Assembly: GCA_038150265.1 (NCBI GenBank)
Contig: JAYOTF010000005.1
Span: 1 to 64,000, forward strand
Length of the DNA stretch: 64,000 nt
DNA from: Deltaproteobacteria bacterium
Lineage (GTDB): Bacteria > SAR324 > NAC60-12
Direction of reading: 5' to 3'
Part shown: positions 10,049-19,284 of the stretch, piece by piece
Layout of the letters: the number at the start of each line of letters is the position of its first letter
Numbering within the stretch: position 1 is the first letter of the stretch
Made by a program: the position numbers and the translations under genes
Notes under the pieces: model-generated
Databases searched by the model: none
What the model saw: only the letters and a program-made list of their open reading frames with translations
Told to the model about the DNA's origin: nothing

Positions 10049-11698
10049 ATGAATCTGCTCAATAACGCCACGATCCACCTCCCCACCCCGATCAACGAAC
10101 CGGTGCTCAGCTACGCGCCGGGGACTCCGGAGCGCCAGCAGCTCAAGGAGGCGCTGGATGACCTGAAGAGTCGGCAGGTGGAAGTGCCCCTGATCATCGG
10201 AGGGCAGGAAGTCCGGACCGGAGACACGGCGAAGATTGCCTGTCCGCATGATCACTCGTTGCAACTGGGCGTTTACCATCAGGCTGGGCCCAAGGAGGCG
10301 AAGCTGGCGATTGAAGCGGCCCTGGACGCCAAACAGGCGTGGAGTCGGCTGCGCTGGGAAGAGCGAGCGAGCCTCTTCCTCAAGGTTGCCGATCTGCTGG
10401 CAGGGCCGTACCGGTTCCTGATGAATGCGGCCACCATGCTCAACACGAGCAAGAGCCCGCTGCAGGCAGAGATTGACGCTGCGTGTGAGCTGATCGACTT
10501 CCTGCGCTTCAACGTCTACTTTGCTCAGCAGATCTACCAGGAGCAGCCCATGTACTCCCCGCAGCCAACCTGGAACTACCTCCAGCACCGGCCGCTGGAG
10601 GGCTTCGTGTTTGCCGTGGCGCCGTTCAATTTTGCGGCAATTGCCGGGAATCTGTCGACGGCTCCAGCGATCATGGGGAACACGGTGGTGTGGAAGCCTG
10701 CCCCTTCGGCGGTGTATGCCCCTTACTACTTCATGAAGCTGATGCAGGAAGCGGGCTTGCCCGATGGCGTCATCAACTTCATTCCCGGGCCGGGTCCGAG
10801 CATTGGGGAAGTCTGCCTGGAGAGTCCGGACCTCGCGGGCATTCACTTTACAGGCAGCACCGGTGTCTTCCAGAGCATGTGGAAGACCGTAGGGGCCAAC
10901 ATTGCGGCCAACAGGTACAAGGCTTATCCCCGGCTGGTCGGAGAAACAGGCGGGAAGGACTTCGTGTTTGTCCACGCGTCAGCGCAGGTTCCAGTGGTGG
11001 CCACGGCGCTGGTCCGTGGGGCCTTCGAGTACCAGGGACAAAAGTGTTCGGCGGCCTCACGGGCCTACATTCCGGAGTCGCTCTGGACCCCCGTGCTGGA
11101 AGCCGTCAAGGAGCAGGTTGGACGCATCAAGATGGGAGACGTGTGTGACTTCGGAAACTTCTTCAATGCCGTGATCGACGAGGCCGCCTTCCGCTCCATT
11201 ACCCGCTACATCGATGCTGCTGCGCAGGCGGACGATGCCGAAATCGTCATCGGCGGTTCTTATGATGACAGCAAGGGCTACTTCATTGAACCCACCGTGA
11301 TCACGACCACCAATCCGCACTTCAAGACGATGGAGGAGGAAATCTTTGGGCCCGTGATCACGCTCTACTGCTACCCGGATGCAGAGTATGAGCAGACCCT
11401 TGAGCTGTGTGACCAGACGTCTCCCTACAGCCTGACTGGGGCGATCCTGGCGCAGGACCGTCAGGCCATCAGCCTGGCGCTGGAAAAATTGGAAAATGCG
11501 TCCGGAAACTTCTACATCAACGATAAGCCAACGGGCTCCGTGGTCGGGCAGCAGCCCTTTGGAGGGGCTCGGGCCTCTGGCACCAACGACAAGGCCGGGA
11601 GCCGATCGAACCTGATGCGCTGGGTTTCCATGCGGTCGATCAAGGAAAACTTCGTGCCTCCGGAAAGCTTCGAGTACCCCTTCCTGGATGCTGAGTAA
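10049..11698 (+). CDS. pruA: L-glutamate gamma-semialdehyde (P5C) dehydrogenase
   Basis: NEPVLSYAPG, EIDAACELIDFLRFN, FTGST, GETGGK, FEYQGQKCSA, EEIFGP, GTNDKAGS. Confidence 0.96.
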   Translation: MNLLNNATIHLPTPINEPVLSYAPGTPERQQLKEALDDLKSRQVEVPLIIGGQEVRTGDTAKIACPHDHSLQLGVYHQAGPKEAKLAIEAALDAKQAWSRLRWEERASLFLKVADLLAGPYRFLMNAATMLNTSKSPLQAEIDAACELIDFLRFNVYFAQQIYQEQPMYSPQPTWNYLQHRPLEGFVFAVAPFNFAAIAGNLSTAPAIMGNTVVWKPAPSAVYAPYYFMKLMQEAGLPDGVINFIPGPGPSIGEVCLESPDLAGIHFTGSTGVFQSMWKTVGANIAANRYKAYPRLVGETGGKDFVFVHASAQVPVVATALVRGAFEYQGQKCSAASRAYIPESLWTPVLEAVKEQVGRIKMGDVCDFGNFFNAVIDEAAFRSITRYIDAAAQADDAEIVIGGSYDDSKGYFIEPTVITTTNPHFKTMEEEIFGPVITLYCYPDAEYEQTLELCDQTSPYSLTGAILAQDRQAISLALEKLENASGNFYINDKPTGSVVGQQPFGGARASGTNDKAGSRSNLMRWVSMRSIKENFVPPESFEYPFLDAE

Positions 11699-11772
11699 CC
11701 CCCGCTGTCCGGACTCCCTGCGGGCGGGTCCGGGTGGTCGCTTGTTCCCTGAGTCCTCAACGAGGCCGAATC

Positions 11773-12681
11773 ATGTCGATGTTCAATTACGTCGTTTCCA
11801 AAACCATCATGCACGTGCCCCGGCCGGTGGTCAGCCACTTTGCTCGGGGGTACATTGCGGGAGCGTCCCTTGCCGATGCCCTCCGGGTCAGTCAGGACCT
11901 GAACCGTCAGGGCATGCTGACCACCATCGACCTCCTCGGCGAGTTCATCACCGATTTCCAGCAGGCCCTGGAATTCAAGAATCAGGGGCTGGAGATCCTG
12001 CGGGCCATTCAGCGTGAGCGCATTGATGGCAACCTCTCCATCAAGCCCACCCAGATGGGGCTGTTGCTCGACAAGCCCCGGTGCTTTGAGCTGATCCGGG
12101 AGCTGGTGGCAGAGGCTCAGGCGCTGGGGAGTTTTGTCCGCATTGACATGGAGGACATTGAGACCACAGACGACACGCTGGAGCTGTTTCAGGAGCTGCG
12201 GCAGGAGTACGCGGGACACGTCGGCACGGTGCTGCAGGCCTACCTGCGCCGAACGCCCCAGGACATCCAGAACCTGAGCCAGGGGCCGCAGAACTATCGG
12301 CTGTGCAAGGGCATTTATGTGGAACCGCGGACCCACGCCTGGAAGCATCCGGAGGCGATCCGGCGTAACTTTGTTGACTGCCTGGAAGAGCTGTTCCGGC
12401 AAGACGCCTATGTGGGCATTGCCACCCACGATGAGCTGCTGGTCTTTGAGGCGATGCGCCTGATCCGAGAGCAGGGGCGACCGCCGGAGCAGTACGAGTT
12501 CCAGATGCTGCTCGGAGTCGATGAGGAACTGCGGGAGATCATCCTGCAGGCAGGGCATCGCCTCCGGGTGTACGTCCCTTACGGGGAAGACTGGCTTCCC
12601 TACTCCAGGCGACGGCTCAAGGAAAACCCGTCCATTGCGCAGCATGCGCTCCGGCAATTGCTGGGGCTCCGCAAGCACTGA
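11773..12681 (+). CDS. putB: Monofunctional proline dehydrogenase
   Basis: YIAG, DLLGE, RIDME, QAYLRRT, RLCKGIY, IATHD, EFQMLLG, VYVPYG, RRLKENP. Confidence 0.94.
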   Translation: MSMFNYVVSKTIMHVPRPVVSHFARGYIAGASLADALRVSQDLNRQGMLTTIDLLGEFITDFQQALEFKNQGLEILRAIQRERIDGNLSIKPTQMGLLLDKPRCFELIRELVAEAQALGSFVRIDMEDIETTDDTLELFQELRQEYAGHVGTVLQAYLRRTPQDIQNLSQGPQNYRLCKGIYVEPRTHAWKHPEAIRRNFVDCLEELFRQDAYVGIATHDELLVFEAMRLIREQGRPPEQYEFQMLLGVDEELREIILQAGHRLRVYVPYGEDWLPYSRRRLKENPSIAQHALRQLLGLRKH

Positions 12682-12945
12682 CGCCCTCTCCCGGAACACG
12701 AGGGAAGGGTTCCGGGAAAGGCGTTTGCCGGTTTTCCTAAAAATATTAAATTTATTTAATTTTTTCAGGCAGATCCTGGCTGGCTCCGTCCCCTGGGGAC
12801 GGATGGGTCAGTGGTTCCTGTTGTTGAGGAGAAGGAGCGTGTTCTCCAGGCAACCCGTTCCCTGCCAGAGGCGAGTGAGCCGAAGCAGGCGGTGCTGATC
12901 AAGAGATCACACCATGTTGAAGACCCTTTCTAGAGGAGCAATCGA

Positions 12946-14076
12946 ATGAAACACGTCACCCGTATCCTGATGATCTCCCTGCTGGCCCTGGGGCTGGGTT
13001 CCGGAGGAGCCTGGGCCGAGACCCTCAAGGTCGGCGTTCAGGCCCCCATTACCGGGAGCTACGCCAATGAGGGACAGGGCATTGAGAATGCCGTTCGCCT
13101 GCTGGCCACGCAGATCAACGCCAGTGGCGGAGTCATGGGACGTCAGCTGGAAGTCATCGCCTGTGACGACCAGGGCACCGCAATGGCAGCGGCTATTTGT
13201 GCCAAGGACCTGGTCAACAAGGGCGTTTCCATGGTCATTGGTTCTTACACCTCGACCTGTGCAGAAGCGGCGCAGAAGACCTACTTCAATGCCGGTGTCC
13301 TGCAGACCTCCGACGGAACCGCCGACAGCCTCACCGAGCACAACTACTGGACCTTCCTGCGGAACTCCTTCCCGAATAGCGCAGAGGCCGACTATGCCGC
13401 CAACTACCTGGTGAACGTCAAGAAGTACCAGCGCATCGTGGTGATTTCGGACTTTTCGAGCTATGCCACCGGGTTGGCCGAGTCGACGGTTGAGGCCATC
13501 AAAGCGGCTGGCGGCAACGTGGTGGACTACAAGAAGATCAAGGCGGACTCCCAGAACTTCACCCCGGTCCTGACCAGCATCAAGGCGCAGCGTCCGGATG
13601 CGATCTTCTTCGCGGGCTACTACACCGACGGTGGCCAACTCCGGGCCCAGCAGGTGGCGCTCCGGATTGAAGCCGACTTCATTGGAGGCGATGCCAATGA
13701 CAACCCGGACTTTGCCAAGCTGGCTGGAAGTGCCGCCGAAGGCGCCTACATCATCAACGTCCCCACTCCGGAGATGCTGCCTTATGATGTGGCCAAGAAC
13801 TTCCTCAAGGACTACCAGAAGGAGTTTGGCACGATGCCGCCTTCCATCTGGACGCTGATGAATGCCGACGGCATGCGCGCCATTGTGGATGCGATGCAGC
13901 AGGCTCAGACGACGGACACCAAGGAAGTTTACAACTACCTCATTCAGAAGAAGGAGCCGCTTCCGGGCATTACCGGGCCGATCCAGTTTGCGGCCGATGG
14001 CAACCGAGTGGGCAGCAGCTACATGACCTTCAAGGTGCAGGCCGACGGCCGGTACGAAGTGGCCCACGCTCAGTAA
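12946..14076 (+). CDS. livK: Branched-chain-type amino acid ABC substrate-binding protein (probably proline, from context)
   Basis: Signal peptide, APITGSYANEG, INASGGVMG; first gene of a liv operon. Confidence 0.9.
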   Translation: MKHVTRILMISLLALGLGSGGAWAETLKVGVQAPITGSYANEGQGIENAVRLLATQINASGGVMGRQLEVIACDDQGTAMAAAICAKDLVNKGVSMVIGSYTSTCAEAAQKTYFNAGVLQTSDGTADSLTEHNYWTFLRNSFPNSAEADYAANYLVNVKKYQRIVVISDFSSYATGLAESTVEAIKAAGGNVVDYKKIKADSQNFTPVLTSIKAQRPDAIFFAGYYTDGGQLRAQQVALRIEADFIGGDANDNPDFAKLAGSAAEGAYIINVPTPEMLPYDVAKNFLKDYQKEFGTMPPSIWTLMNADGMRAIVDAMQQAQTTDTKEVYNYLIQKKEPLPGITGPIQFAADGNRVGSSYMTFKVQADGRYEVAHAQ

Positions 14077-14229
14077 CCGAGACCGGAGGTTTCTCAAATC
14101 GGGGAAGCCGCCCTCTGGCTTTCCCACCCTCTGATTCCCTTGATCCACCCGCTTGCTTGCCCCTGCTTCCAGCAGGGAGGAGCACCCCCAGCGGAGGAAA
14201 CCGATGACCGCCACAGGAGCCTGTCGCGT

Positions 14230-15126
14230 ATGGTAATTTTTCTGCAGCAGCTGGCCAACGGCCTCACCATCGGCAGCATGTTCGCCCTTGTGGCGCTCGG
14301 CTACACGATGGTTTACGGGGTCATGAAGCTGATCAACTTTGCGCATGGAGACATGGTGGCTGCGGCCGCATTCATTGGCCTGACCATCTTCACCCAGGTC
14401 ATGGGCGAATCAGTGTCCTTCCTGTCGGTCCTGGGCATCTTTGTGCTGGCCGCGGTCTGCACGGCGTGCCTGGGCATCCTCCTGGAACGCCTGGCCTACC
14501 GTCCCCTCCGGAATGCCCCTCGCCTCTCAGCAGTGGTCTCGGCGCTGGGCGCCAGTTTGATGATTCAGAATGGGGTCATGCTGGTCTGGGGTCCGCAGAT
14601 GCGGATGTTTCCGGCGTTGGTGCCTCAGGTGTACTGGGACCTGGGCGGCGTGGTCATCAGCCTCATTCAGGTGATCATTCTGGTCCTGTCGCTGGTGCTC
14701 ATGGTGGGGCTGTACGTCTTCATTGAAAAGACCCGCATGGGCGCGGCGATCCGGGCGAGTTCCATTGATCAGGATGCGGCTCGGCTGATGGGGATCAACG
14801 TCAACAGCGTCATCACCCTGATCTTCATCATCGGCTCCTCCCTGGGGGCTGTGGGCGGGCTGTTTGTGGGGCTCTACTACCGGGGCATCACCTTCAGCAT
14901 GGGGTGGCAGTATGGCCTTTACGCCTTCATTGCCGCGATCCTCGGAGGGATTGGCAACATCCCGGGGGCCATGCTCGGTGGGGTGATGCTGGGGCTCTTC
15001 CAGGCCTTCATTGCCGGGTACGTCTCCAGCACCTGGGCCGATGCCTTCACCTTCATGCTGCTGATCCTGATTCTCATCGTTCGCCCCACCGGCTTGCTCG
15101 GGGAGCGTGTTGCGGAGAAAGTCTGA
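14230..15126 (+). CDS. livH: Amino acid ABC permease
   Basis: QQLANGLTIG...ALGYTMVYGVMKLINFAHGD, AAILGGIGNIPGA. Confidence 0.93.
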   Translation: MVIFLQQLANGLTIGSMFALVALGYTMVYGVMKLINFAHGDMVAAAAFIGLTIFTQVMGESVSFLSVLGIFVLAAVCTACLGILLERLAYRPLRNAPRLSAVVSALGASLMIQNGVMLVWGPQMRMFPALVPQVYWDLGGVVISLIQVIILVLSLVLMVGLYVFIEKTRMGAAIRASSIDQDAARLMGINVNSVITLIFIIGSSLGAVGGLFVGLYYRGITFSMGWQYGLYAFIAAILGGIGNIPGAMLGGVMLGLFQAFIAGYVSSTWADAFTFMLLILILIVRPTGLLGERVAEKV

Positions 15127-16082
15127 TGAACCACCTCAACCGTTGGGGCCTGCCGGCCTTCTTGCTGGTGCTGGCCATTTTGCCGAACCTGCTGAATTCG
15201 CGATGGCAGGCGATCGCCATTACCTTCCTGGTGTTTTCCGTGGTGGCGCTTTCGGAGGACATCGTGCTCGGCAAGGCCGGGATGTTCAACATGGGACACG
15301 CCCTGTTTTTTGGCATGGGCGCTTACACAACCGCGATCCTCAATGCCCACTACGGCTGGTCGATCCTGGCCACCATTCCCATGGCGGTGCTCCTGCCGGC
15401 GCTGTTTGGCATCCTCTTCGCCGGTCCGATTGTTCACCTGCGCGGCGACTACCTGCTGGTGGTGACCATTGGGATCAACATTGTGTTCATTCAGGTGCTG
15501 CAGAACAACCTGGGCGGTGTCACCGGAGGCCCGAACGGCATCTTCGGCCTCGACTCCCTCAGCCTGTTCGGGTGGCAACTCACCAGTCAGCTGGCGACGT
15601 ATTACTTTGCCTTTGCTGTGCTGCTGGTCACCTTGGCGATCATGCGGAACCTCGAAGGGAGCAAGGCCGGCCGAGCGCTTCACTACCTCAATCAGGATGC
15701 CCTGGCTTCAGAGAGCATTGGCATCAACACCCGGGTGTACCGGATCTTTGCGTTTGGCCTGGGAGCCGGGCTGGCGGGGCTGGCCGGAACGGTCTTTGCG
15801 ACCCAGTACTCAGCGGTCAGTCCGGAGGCCTTTGACTTCATGCAGTCGGTGCTGTTCTTCAGCATTGTGCTGGTGGGAGGCTCCTCCATTCCCGGCATCT
15901 TCCTGGGAGTGCTGGTGATGTTCATCCTTCCGGAGGTCTTCCGGGAGTTCTCCACCTGGCGTTACTTCGTTTTCGGGTTTGCCATGATCCTGGCCATGAT
16001 CCTGCGCCCTCGTGGCATCTGGCCGGCGACCTTTGGCAAGATCCCCTCGTTTCTGATCAAGGAGTCCCCGCATGGCACTTAA
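15126..16082 (+). CDS. livM: Amino acid ABC permease
   Basis: GHALFFGMGAY, LRGDYL, TGGPNG, RPRGI; TGATG overlap with livH. Confidence 0.92.
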   Translation: MNHLNRWGLPAFLLVLAILPNLLNSRWQAIAITFLVFSVVALSEDIVLGKAGMFNMGHALFFGMGAYTTAILNAHYGWSILATIPMAVLLPALFGILFAGPIVHLRGDYLLVVTIGINIVFIQVLQNNLGGVTGGPNGIFGLDSLSLFGWQLTSQLATYYFAFAVLLVTLAIMRNLEGSKAGRALHYLNQDALASESIGINTRVYRIFAFGLGAGLAGLAGTVFATQYSAVSPEAFDFMQSVLFFSIVLVGGSSIPGIFLGVLVMFILPEVFREFSTWRYFVFGFAMILAMILRPRGIWPATFGKIPSFLIKESPHGT

Positions 16083-16845
16083 CGAGTTGGCCCTGAGTCA
16101 TGTCACCAAGCGGTTTGGGGGGCTCACCGCTGTGGACGACCTGTCCTTTACCGTTGCTCCCGGACAAATCTACGGCATCATTGGCCCCAATGGCGCTGGC
16201 AAGACAACGGTCTTCAACTGCATCACCGGCATCTACCGGTCTGAGGAAGGATCGGTTCGCTGGCGTGGAGAGGAAATCCGGGGCCTGACGCCCTATCAGA
16301 TTGTGGATCGGGGCATCGTCCGGACCTTCCAGACCATCCGGCTCTTTGGAAAGATGTCGGTGGCGGAGAACATCATGAGCGGACGGCACATCAAGAGCAC
16401 GCAGCAGTGGTGGCATGGCATCTTCCACACGCCCGCGTCTCGTCGCGATGAGCAGGAAAACTGGCACAAGGTTGAGGAACAACTGGAGTTCTTCGGGCTG
16501 GGGGAACTGGCGGCCACTCCCACCGATTCACTCTCCTATGGCCTCCAGCGCAAGGTCGAGATCGCACGGGCCATGGCCGTGGAACCCACCCTGCTCATTC
16601 TGGATGAACCCGCCGCCGGGCTCAATGACCGGGAAACCCTGCAGCTGCTGGAAACGATCTTCCAGATCCGGGACAAGGGGGTGACGGTGCTGCTCATTGA
16701 GCATGACATGGACATGGTCATGGAGGTGACGGACTACCTCACCGTGCTCAATTTTGGAAAGAAGATTGCGGAAGGGACGCCCGCCGAGATTCAGCAAAAT
16801 CCGGCAGTGATTGAGGCCTACCTGGGGAGTGAGGAGGACGAATGA
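16072..16845 (+). CDS. livG: Amino acid ABC ATPase
   Basis: GPNGAGKTT, RTFQ, LSYG, LDEPAAG, IEHDM, VIEAYLG. Confidence 0.95.
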   Translation: MALNELALSHVTKRFGGLTAVDDLSFTVAPGQIYGIIGPNGAGKTTVFNCITGIYRSEEGSVRWRGEEIRGLTPYQIVDRGIVRTFQTIRLFGKMSVAENIMSGRHIKSTQQWWHGIFHTPASRRDEQENWHKVEEQLEFFGLGELAATPTDSLSYGLQRKVEIARAMAVEPTLLILDEPAAGLNDRETLQLLETIFQIRDKGVTVLLIEHDMDMVMEVTDYLTVLNFGKKIAEGTPAEIQQNPAVIEAYLGSEEDE

Positions 16846-17561
16846 GTAAGGACGTCATGCTGGAAATTCAGGACCTGGAGGTCGCCTACGGCAGCATTGC
16901 CGCCATCAAGGGCATCTCGCTTGAGGTCCGCAAGGGAGAGATCGTGACCATCCTGGGGGCCAATGGCGCCGGGAAGACCACGACGATGCGGACCGTCAGC
17001 CAGTTGCTGAAGGCGCAATCCGGGAGCATCCGCTTCAAGGGACAGGAACTGACGCGCCTCCCGGCTCACAAGGTGGTGCAGTTGGGGATGAGCCACTCTC
17101 CGGAAGGACGCCGCGTGTTTGGCATCCTCACCGTTGAGGAAAACCTGACGCTGGGCGCCTTCACCCGGAAGAAGCTGGACCGAGAGGTGCTGGAATGGGT
17201 CTATCAGCTCTTTCCACGCCTGCAGGAACGTCGCCAGCAGCTGGCCGGTACCCTGTCAGGAGGCGAACAGCAGATGCTGGCCATCGGTCGATCGCTGATG
17301 AGCCGTCCGGAGATGCTCCTCCTCGACGAACCCTCCCTGGGAATTGCTCCGATTCTGGTCAAGGCGATCTTTGAACAGATCAAGGCGATCGCCCAGGAAG
17401 GCGTGACGGTGCTGCTGGTGGAACAGAACGCCAAGGCCGCGCTGAAGCTTGCCGACCGGGGCTACGTTCTGGATGTGGGCAAGATTGCACTCTCCGGAAC
17501 CTCGGCTGAGCTGCTGGCCTCCGAAAAGGTCCAGGAAGCCTACCTGGGCAAAAAAAGCTGA
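16842..17561 (+). CDS. livF: Amino acid ABC ATPase
   Basis: GANGAGKTT, PEGRRVF, LSGGEQQMLAIGR, VEQN. Confidence 0.95.
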   Translation: MSKDVMLEIQDLEVAYGSIAAIKGISLEVRKGEIVTILGANGAGKTTTMRTVSQLLKAQSGSIRFKGQELTRLPAHKVVQLGMSHSPEGRRVFGILTVEENLTLGAFTRKKLDREVLEWVYQLFPRLQERRQQLAGTLSGGEQQMLAIGRSLMSRPEMLLLDEPSLGIAPILVKAIFEQIKAIAQEGVTVLLVEQNAKAALKLADRGYVLDVGKIALSGTSAELLASEKVQEAYLGKKS

Positions 17562-17667
17562 TCCTCCCCCGTTCCCGGCACCGCCTCCGGAGTGTTCAGG
17601 AAGGGGTTGCCGGGTTGCGCATCCCATCGCTCCGGCCCCCTTTCCTGCTTCGCCAGCAAGGACGAGC

Positions 17668-18012
17668 CTAGAGGCTTCCGCTGACAGGGGTGAGGTCGTA
17701 CATGGAGAAGGTCTCAATGATCTCGGACATGTCGATGTCTTCTCCGTGGTCACTCTTGCCCTGGTCGGTTTGGAGGTAGTCGTAAAGCGATTCCTTGCGG
17801 TCTAGTGTGACCCAGACCACGACCGCATTGCGCTCCTGATCGACGCCGACTTGTCGGGCGATCATTCCCTCCACAACGCCTTCCATTTTTTCACTGGGCT
17901 TCCGCGCCAGGGCGACGAGTTCATCCAGCTTTCCCGGTTTTGCGGTGGAGACGCTGACAAAGGTGTACCCTGGGGTTGGGGTGCTTGCTTGATGGGTCAT
18001 GACAGACTTCAT
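17668..18012 (-). CDS. ABM/Dabb dimeric alpha-beta barrel family protein
   Basis: AKPGKLDELV...GMIARQV...VVVWVT pattern; ATGA overlap with PadR. Confidence 0.7.
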   Translation of the reverse strand: MKSVMTHQASTPTPGYTFVSVSTAKPGKLDELVALARKPSEKMEGVVEGMIARQVGVDQERNAVVVWVTLDRKESLYDYLQTDQGKSDHGEDIDMSEIIETFSMYDLTPVSGSL

Positions 18013-18527
18013 TTCTTGAGTTGGTAACGGTCAATCAGGTTTTGGAGAAACGCATGCTCTGCAAAAACCTGGTGGATGAGGAAATCAAGACCCGGATGAC
18101 TGGCGCGGATGTCGTCAGAGAACCCACTCAGGGCTGCACAACGCTCGGCAAGACGCTCCTGCTTTTCCTTCAGTAAAAGCAAGGCCTCCTGAGGTTCCAG
18201 GAGCCCGATAAAATTCAAAGCCACTCCATCGGCGTATTCAAAGGCCTGAGACTGAGACAGCCCCTCTCGCAACAAACTCATGAACGCTTCCCTTCCGGAT
18301 TCCGTCAATGAGTAAATCAAGCGCGAGGGACGGTTGCCCTGACGTTCTTCAACGTGGCTCACCCACCCGTCTTCCTCCAGCTTTGCCAACAGCTTGTAGG
18401 CGTTCCCCTTCCCAATGCGAATCACATTGGCCGGGTGCTTCAGGAGTTGATTGAGCTGGTAGCCGTGAACCTCCTGGGAGTACAGAATGCCCAGGAGGTG
18501 GAGCTTCTTGTCGTTTATCGTACTCAT
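18009..18527 (-). CDS. PadR family transcriptional regulator
   Basis: LLGILYSQEVHGYQL, YKLLAKLEEDGWV, RPSRLIYSLTESGR. Confidence 0.9.
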   Translation of the reverse strand: MSTINDKKLHLLGILYSQEVHGYQLNQLLKHPANVIRIGKGNAYKLLAKLEEDGWVSHVEERQGNRPSRLIYSLTESGREAFMSLLREGLSQSQAFEYADGVALNFIGLLEPQEALLLLKEKQERLAERCAALSGFSDDIRASHPGLDFLIHQVFAEHAFLQNLIDRYQLKK

Positions 18528-18534
18528 GGTCACG

Positions 18535-18562
18535 ATGATACTAGTCACTTTTGACTATTCAA
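18535..18562 (-). promoter_or_regulatory. sigma70-type promoter of padR with an operator palindrome in the spacer
   Basis: Minus strand TTGAAT-N16-TATCAT-N7-ATG; palindrome TAGTCA-CTTT-TGACTA at 18542-18557. Confidence 0.65.
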
Positions 18563-18819
18563 GCGAAAAAGCCTGACTTCCAGGGAATGCTCCTTCACCG
18601 TGACATCGCGCGGTGCCTCTTGGCGACGTGGCCGGCGGGGCTCCTGCCACCCGGGATCGCTCCTCCCAGCGCTTTTGCGGCGTCCTGCTTGTTGAAAAAA
18701 ATCGGCACCGACGCTATGGTCTTAGAGATTCATTGCCGCGACACCGAAAAACTCCACCTGGTGGAGAAACCGACACCCTGCTGGAAAGGGTCCGTGCCGC
18801 TGAGCCAACAGGAGCCCGA

Positions 18820-19159
18820 ATGGCTGTGGGCGCCTGATTTCGTGAACCCTCTTTTCAAGAGAGTGCCCATGATCCTGGGCCACCGGTTCGTTCTTCTCAC
18901 GTTGCTGCATCAGGCGACCACGTGGGAATGAAGGAACCCTACCAGTCCGGTCGGGCTGGATCAACACCATGCGGGGGAACCGCAGTGGAGGAGCACCCCA
19001 GCTTCGGGGGGACGCTCCGTTCGTGAAGAGACAGGAGCCCTGTACCTGAGCCGTGCTCAGGTTCCGGAGGCGCCTGTGGACCGCGTCCTGCTGCTGGAAG
19101 AAGGCCCCAGACGACTTGCTGCCGAAGCCCCTGTGTTCCTCGGCCAAGCGCTGGCCTGA
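18820..19159 (+). pseudogene. Possible degraded peroxiredoxin-like/selenoprotein ORF
   Basis: AGGAG then ATG 18820 (MAVG), frameshift to APDF...VLLTLLHQATTWE, in-frame TGA 18929 followed by a hairpin, frame open to TGA 19159. Confidence 0.3.
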
Positions 19160-19284
19160 CTCCTCCCAAGCCTCTCGGTCCCCTTCTCCTCCCTGGACTC
19201 CTGTCTCTTGTGCTTCCTGCAGGAAGCCCGTGGCGTTTTGCGCCCGGACGTTCTGCATTCAATTGACTGATTTTCCAAAAGAGG

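Noticed and set aside
12760..12870. Second sigma54 promoter before livK
   Set aside because: No convincing TGGC-N-TTGC element with GG-N10-GC spacing
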